Shown here: positions 59,250 to 64,000 of the stretch, piece by piece | How the letters are laid out: each line of letters begins with the position of its first letter | Position numbering within the stretch: the stretch's first letter is position 1 | Source of the DNA: a virus | Reading direction: 5' to 3' (one strand) | Virus record (IMG/VR): IMGVR_UViG_3300002835_000050 | Coordinates: 1-64,000 of that record | Length of the DNA stretch: 64,000 nt | Notes under the pieces: model-generated | Told to the model about the DNA's origin: nothing | The model's database searches: none | What the model saw: the letters and a program-made list of their open reading frames with translations, nothing else | Position numbers and translations under genes: made by a program

Positions 59250-59280
59250 TAAAAATACTAATAATTTTTATAATCACAAA
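59250..59280 (-). promoter_or_regulatory. Putative promoter of the endonuclease (TTTG-N19-TATTTTTA)
   Basis: - strand ...TTTG-tgattataaaaattattag-TATTTTTA-tagtc-ATG; one mismatch to the late core. Confidence 0.45.
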
Positions 59281-59302
59281 TAATCCATTACCCAGTGAGT
59301 TC

Positions 59303-59533
59303 TCATGGTACTTTTTTAAATAGTTCTTCAAGTATAGGATCAAGTAATTTCTTAGTATCAATCCAGATTTTTGTTTCAGAAGGCATTTTAGCCTCACAGT
59401 TATTACAGTGCTCAACTCTTTCTGAATGTGTAGGACTACAACAAGAACAAGTAATAGGAAATCTAAAATAAGTTATTAATACTGGACCTTCCTTTTTACA
59501 ATAGCGACACATTCCCCATGGTGCATTTCCCAT
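59303..59533 (-). CDS. Small Cys/His-rich (Zn-binding?) protein
   Basis: CRYC, CSCC..H, HCNNC. Confidence 0.5.
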   Translation of the reverse strand: MGNAPWGMCRYCKKEGPVLITYFRFPITCSCCSPTHSERVEHCNNCEAKMPSETKIWIDTKKLLDPILEELFKKVP

Positions 59534-59575
59534 AATATTGATGTTCAGTTAAGCTGTTCCCCCATTTAGTTAAAT

Positions 59576-59603
59576 AAAAAAAGGAGCAGTTAAACCACTC
59601 CTT
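59576..59603 (-). terminator. Rho-independent terminator
   Basis: - strand AAGGAGTGGT-tta-ACTGCTCCTT followed by a T tract. Confidence 0.75.
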
Positions 59604-59624
59604 CTTTATATAGTTGTAGTTTAA

Positions 59625-59996
59625 TTACTTTGTTTTTTCTGCAGGAACTTCTGTTCCTAAAAATTGATTATAGTCAAAAGTCTTTGCATTAATAGCAAAT
59701 AACTCTACTAAATCTTTAATAGCATCTGCATGCTCAATATAGAATTCTTGAAATACATCAACTTTATGTCTTTCTTCTTTACGGCCTTTTGCACCCATTG
59801 CTGGTTGACCATACTCATCTAACTTAGGAAGCATCTGTAAAGAAGTTCTTCTAATTTTAGAAATAATTACAAATACTTTTGTACCTGGATCAAAGATACA
59901 TTCCACATATGGACATGTTGCATCAATAGGAACCATTCTAAAAGTTTGACTTTCTTGCCATGTAGCTTGTACAAGCATCATTGTTTTTTCACTCAT
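59625..59996 (-). CDS. Hypothetical protein
   Basis: 123-aa ORF with its own promoter-like leader and terminator. Confidence 0.65.
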   Translation of the reverse strand: MSEKTMMLVQATWQESQTFRMVPIDATCPYVECIFDPGTKVFVIISKIRRTSLQMLPKLDEYGQPAMGAKGRKEERHKVDVFQEFYIEHADAIKDLVELFAINAKTFDYNQFLGTEVPAEKTK

Positions 59997-60013
59997 TTTG
60001 TTAGTTTTTTTTA

Positions 60014-60056
60014 TAAATATAGTGCAAATTAATCTAGAATTTTTATATTTTCCAAA
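60014..60056 (-). promoter_or_regulatory. Putative promoter (TTTG-N20-TTAATTTG, with adjacent TATATTTA)
   Basis: Near-consensus Bacteroidota -33/-7 spacing upstream of 59996. Confidence 0.4.
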
Positions 60057-60595
60057 TTTGTTACTTTAATAAGTAGATTTTCTTTTACTGCATCAGGCTT
60101 TTCACATAGTTCACTAACTTCTATTAGCAAACTAACCTCTACATTTAATAAAAGAGCATAATCTCCATAGTATTTTTCAGGAAATAAATAACTATTTACA
60201 TAAACATGATTTGCACTATTATCATTAAAATAATTTAGAATTTTGCGCTTAATTTTTTCATTCATTTTACTATATCTGCCATTAATAAAATGGTCCCAAT
60301 CAGTTTTTAAATCAGAAAAATCAAATATAAATACACTTGTTGTACTATCAACTTCAATATAATCACAAAGTCTAGTATTTTTCATAAGTACATTGTTTTC
60401 AAATTGAATATACTCAGGAGAATTACTAGTATGATATACACAAACAAGTTTAGCATCCTCAGAGGAATACTTATTATCCCAGCTAACATAAGTTTCACTT
60501 GGAACTGCATAAGAACCTCTTTTAATATCTAAGAGCGGATACATAAATATCTTAGACTTTTGGAAATATTTCCGGTAAAGCGCATTTAACCCCAT
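60029..60595 (-). CDS. Hypothetical protein
   Basis: 188-aa ORF in operon; FINGRYSKM motif. Confidence 0.6.
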   Translation of the reverse strand: MGLNALYRKYFQKSKIFMYPLLDIKRGSYAVPSETYVSWDNKYSSEDAKLVCVYHTSNSPEYIQFENNVLMKNTRLCDYIEVDSTTSVFIFDFSDLKTDWDHFINGRYSKMNEKIKRKILNYFNDNSANHVYVNSYLFPEKYYGDYALLLNVEVSLLIEVSELCEKPDAVKENLLIKVTNLENIKILD

Positions 60596-60599
60596 AATT

Positions 60600-61607
60600 T
60601 TACAATTTTACATTACCCAATGCTAGGTCATATGGAAGATCATATCTTTTGTTATTATAATGCCATGTAACTTTTTCTATTACATGATCAAAATCAATCT
60701 TCCACTTCACTAGTGTTTCTTGAGACACTTGATAAGGATAAACTTGATTGTACTTATCAATTACTATAAAAGTAACTTCAAAGTTGTAGTCCTTAAATGC
60801 TGAGAAGTAATGCTTTGCCAGCTGTATATAAATAATGGCTTGAATCCAGTATCTATAATACTCCACAGAATCAGGAAAATCTTGTATAGACTTACCCAGA
60901 GTCTTTAAATCATTTATAAAGATAGTTTTTGTATTGTGATCTATAACAACATTGTCAAGCATTCCATGATAGCCAAATGTTTGTTCACTTGGTTCGGCCT
61001 TAATAAATAACTCATTAAAAACTTCAATGGTTTTGTCATCTTCATCTTTGTCTAATTGTAACAGTGTTCTAATGTCCTGATTAGCTCTAAGCACTTCTAC
61101 AGAAATTCTGCATGCTGCTAATGTTGGCTCATCAACTACTGTTTTATCTAAACTAGCTTTGAGGAATTCAAAATAATCAATGTTTTCTTGAGTTAAGATC
61201 TTGTCAATTCTTTGTTGATCAGTTTTAAGAGCTTGGTATAAGTTAACTGTAAGAAGTTGTGTAAGTATTTCTTGAGAGTAATCAGACAAATTTAATGAAT
61301 TATTTCCTAATGTCAAGTGATATCTGAAAATATTATCAATAATTTTTTTTTGGCTATCCGTAGGGATCTTGCCAGGCATTGTTAAAAATTGTTTATCATA
61401 GTTCTCTTCCTCAAGTAACAAACAGTGCAGAACACGCCCTGCTACCAGGTGCGCGTCTGTACTGTCCTCTCTTTGGTTGAGCACATAATGATTGTAAAAC
61501 ATTACAGGGGAAAATAATAACTTATTAATCCCACTGTAACTAAAATAAAACTTTTTCTTGTAGAAAACTTCAAGTTCATCAGAACCAGTCAATATCTGGA
61601 GTGCCAT
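60600..61607 (-). CDS. PD-(D/E)XK exonuclease (RecB/exonuclease VIII-like)
   Basis: SYSG, GRVLHCLLLE, GMLDNVVID...INDLKT...Y.IQA.IY. Confidence 0.75.
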   Translation of the reverse strand: MALQILTGSDELEVFYKKKFYFSYSGINKLLFSPVMFYNHYVLNQREDSTDAHLVAGRVLHCLLLEEENYDKQFLTMPGKIPTDSQKKIIDNIFRYHLTLGNNSLNLSDYSQEILTQLLTVNLYQALKTDQQRIDKILTQENIDYFEFLKASLDKTVVDEPTLAACRISVEVLRANQDIRTLLQLDKDEDDKTIEVFNELFIKAEPSEQTFGYHGMLDNVVIDHNTKTIFINDLKTLGKSIQDFPDSVEYYRYWIQAIIYIQLAKHYFSAFKDYNFEVTFIVIDKYNQVYPYQVSQETLVKWKIDFDHVIEKVTWHYNNKRYDLPYDLALGNVKL

Positions 61608-62937
61608 TTGTGTCTATTTGATTGTTATTTAATTCAGATTCGGAAATTTCAGAAACAGCTTCTGGTTCTAATACATCTGTGTCATCTTCTTCTTCCTCTT
61701 CTAAAGTTAATGAAACTTCTATGTCTTCATTATCTACTCCATAAAGTAAATGTGACACTTCTTCCTCACTGGCAACTTCAAAATTGTCTTCAGTTGCAAA
61801 CTCAGATTCTGGAATTTCTTCTGTTATGTCTTCAATAACTTCTTCAACAGTTAGAATTTCAGATACTGGGTTTACAAAATCTTCTTGTATTCCATAAGTA
61901 TAGTTACTATTAAGTTCAGCTAAAAGATCTGGAACAACAGAAATAGTTTTTACTGTAAAGAATGTGCTATCTCCTCTATTCTGGATATCTTTAGATGCAT
62001 AAGTCAATAAGATATCAAGATTATCAGAAGTAAGTTGGCCTTTATCTATTAAAGAGTTTACTACTTTATCAATGTCAGTATCAAGATAGTTTTTATCTTT
62101 ACCTAAATAACTAATTAAAGACTTAAAGTTGACATGAGTCTTAGTCTTTGAGCTACTAATATTATAAGCATACTTATAAAACAATAACTCTAGATAAATA
62201 AGACTTTCTGTATATTTAGAATTAGCCATGATTTCCATAGCAAGAACATGATTATCAGTATCAGAACTATCTAACATTTCAGAAAGATGATCAAACATTA
62301 CTTTGTCAATCTCAGTAGCATCTTCACCATTCAATACATTAATTACAGAAGATTCATCTAGTATAGTTTTATCTTGTAAAAATTTGTAAAGCTCTTGATA
62401 CTCTTCTTTGACAATCATTAAGTTTTCACTATAACCAAAAGTCTCATCTTTAATAATTGAGTGCTCACTGTTTATCATTTCTTTTAGATTATAATCAACA
62501 GCAATGAGGTCTTCAGTATAAAATTCAAGAGATGTTTCAACCTTTTCTATATCATACTCATCCATTTTTGGTTTAACCAATTCAAAAAATGCTAAAAACT
62601 CTTTAATAGGACATTTATACAACCAATTTGTACTAGTCATTTCATTAAGACTTTTCTTTGAACCAAAAAATACAGTTGCTTGATTGAAGTCTCTTACATT
62701 TTTAACATTGTGTTCAACACATACATTTTTAAACTTTACTCTAGGTACATTTACATTTGGTAAAAAGAAAATTTTATCTCCTTTAGTTGGTGTATAAGGT
62801 ATTTTATTCAAAGATAACTCATCTGAAATATCTTGTCCAAAACCTCCTACATGTAATTTAATACTAAATGATACGGTACCAATTTCATTTACATAGTCAT
62901 ATCTTGAGATTCCAGACTTTATTTGTAATATATTCAT
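61579..62937 (-). CDS. Hypothetical protein with acidic C-terminal tail
   Basis: 452-aa ORF downstream of the AAA ATPase; ends ...PDIDWF. Confidence 0.6.
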   Translation of the reverse strand: MNILQIKSGISRYDYVNEIGTVSFSIKLHVGGFGQDISDELSLNKIPYTPTKGDKIFFLPNVNVPRVKFKNVCVEHNVKNVRDFNQATVFFGSKKSLNEMTSTNWLYKCPIKEFLAFFELVKPKMDEYDIEKVETSLEFYTEDLIAVDYNLKEMINSEHSIIKDETFGYSENLMIVKEEYQELYKFLQDKTILDESSVINVLNGEDATEIDKVMFDHLSEMLDSSDTDNHVLAMEIMANSKYTESLIYLELLFYKYAYNISSSKTKTHVNFKSLISYLGKDKNYLDTDIDKVVNSLIDKGQLTSDNLDILLTYASKDIQNRGDSTFFTVKTISVVPDLLAELNSNYTYGIQEDFVNPVSEILTVEEVIEDITEEIPESEFATEDNFEVASEEEVSHLLYGVDNEDIEVSLTLEEEEEDDTDVLEPEAVSEISESELNNNQIDTNGTPDIDWF

Positions 62938-62942
62938 AATTA

Positions 62943-62972
62943 AAAATTAAAAAGGGGAGTTTTACCTCCCCT
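62943..62972 (-). terminator. Rho-independent terminator
   Basis: AGGGGAG/CTCCCCT stem with a T-rich tail on the - strand. Confidence 0.7.
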
Positions 62973-62982
62973 GTTAAACAAT

Positions 62983-64000
62983 TTATTGTACAGCCATTTT
63001 GACTACATTAGTATTCATCATCATTTTAGAGAACTTGTTTTTGTTTCCATTAACAATCTCTTTGACCATATAATATCTTAAGTCATTTGTAAATGCATCA
63101 CAGTCAGTAGTTAACTTAACTAATCTATTAATCATTGCATCCGGTACTGGTTTAGTATCAGCATAAGTCAATGAATAATTAATCAATCTGGTAGCAATAA
63201 CACTAGAGATATCTGCTCTAAAGTCATCATCTTTACCTACTGCACCTGTTAAAGCTCCCATAACATAAGCTTCATCTTTTGTAAAGGTATCTTCCGGAGA
63301 TATAATTCTATCTAATTTGTTATTAATAAACATAGTAAACATACTAGAGAAATCAACACCAACTGAACCTTCACCAATCATTTGGATTAACGGAAGATCA
63401 TCTTCAAACTTAGGAATAGAACTAATACCATTAAAGAAAGTAGTCACAGATCTTGGATTAACTCTTTGAGTTACAAGTTCTGGATTCATCAACATAAAGT
63501 TAATACATCTACCATCAATCTTAGCTTGTTCTGCCCATTTAGCCCATACATTTACATCATACTTCAACTCAACAGAAATAAATCTTGTTTTCTGAGCTAC
63601 ATCTAGACTAGTAACATTATAGTCACCATTGTCTGGATTAGTAGTCAAGATAACATGCCAGTTCTTTGGTAACTTCCAAGAAACATATTCTTGTCTATCT
63701 AATATTTCCATAGTTGCTTGCATAAAGCGGTGATCAGCTCTAGTATAATCATCTAATACTAAGAAACCACCTTCACCTTTACCTTGAATCCATTCCGGAG
63801 CAGCATGAGACATGCGTTTATCTACAATCTTAAAGCCTGCTTTTTGAGCTGCTTGAATCTGTGCTTCATTAATCCATTTAGTTTGCCCTTCAGCATTCTG
63901 GATTTGAAATTCTTTTACAGGAAAACCTACTAAATCACCTAATTCTTCTAACTGAGATAAATTAAGTTTTACTACTTGCATGTTTAACTCTTTACCCAAC
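62983..64000 (-). CDS. MoxR-like AAA+ ATPase (5'-truncated)
   Basis: LNLSQLEELGDLVGFP, Walker B LVLDDYTRA, sensor ILTTNP, LDVAQKTRF, NPRS; Walker A lies outside the window. Confidence 0.8.
   Translation of the reverse strand, partial: LGKELNMQVVKLNLSQLEELGDLVGFPVKEFQIQNAEGQTKWINEAQIQAAQKAGFKIVDKRMSHAAPEWIQGKGEGGFLVLDDYTRADHRFMQATMEILDRQEYVSWKLPKNWHVILTTNPDNGDYNVTSLDVAQKTRFISVELKYDVNVWAKWAEQAKIDGRCINFMLMNPELVTQRVNPRSVTTFFNGISSIPKFEDDLPLIQMIGEGSVGVDFSSMFTMFINNKLDRIISPEDTFTKDEAYVMGALTGAVGKDDDFRADISSVIATRLINYSLTYADTKPVPDAMINRLVKLTTDCDAFTNDLRYYMVKEIVNGNKNKFSKMMMNTNVVKMAVQ

Noticed and set aside
59245-59415. Longer N-terminus for the endonuclease given in the ORF track
   Set aside because: It overlaps another ORF and a promoter-like spacer; the domain begins at MKTCTKC (59244).
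1-64000. Genome-wide stop-codon reassignment (TAG/TGA), as in some crAss-like phages
   Set aside because: Code 11 gives full-length, densely packed ORFs up to 3603 aa, and TAG/TGA terminate genes at sensible boundaries.
1-64000. CRISPR array, tRNA/rRNA, integrase, DGR reverse transcriptase
   Set aside because: No spaced nucleotide repeats, cloverleafs or RT/integrase motifs were seen, and intergenic gaps are mostly too short.

Overview
AT-rich 64-kb segment of a crAss-like (Crassvirales-related) podophage genome, most likely infecting a Bacteroidota host (A-rich leaders with no Shine-Dalgarno, TTTG-N19/20-TAnnTT-type promoters), read in the standard bacterial code. The + strand (1-53633) is the late/virion module. 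It runs from the end of the major capsid protein through a cluster of Lys-rich small proteins, a ferritin-like protein, Cys-rich capsid/fibre proteins, HU/IHF-like, ring and muzzle proteins, a virion lysozyme and cargo proteins, to three giant ejected proteins that include the DFDxD virion RNA polymerase. The - strand (53653-64000) is part of the replication/metabolism module: MoxR-like AAA ATPase, PD-(D/E)XK nuclease, an endonuclease VII-type homing endonuclease, PolB, DUF932-like protein, MazG-like pyrophosphatase and acyl-CoA thioesterase. Four unexplained signals stand out. (1) The three giant ejected proteins (~7400 aa) contain only four cysteines by eye, placed exactly at the adjoining C-/N-termini of consecutive genes, suggesting a head-to-tail disulfide-linked ejection chain. 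(2) Upstream cargo proteins have matching C-terminal/N-terminal half-domain 'couplers'. (3) A recurrent hydrophobic-x-x-Gly-Gly motif marks domain boundaries in seven virion proteins. (4) A shared late promoter carries a palindromic operator, and a small structured RNA is complementary to several gene leaders. All annotations are motif- and synteny-based; no searches were run.
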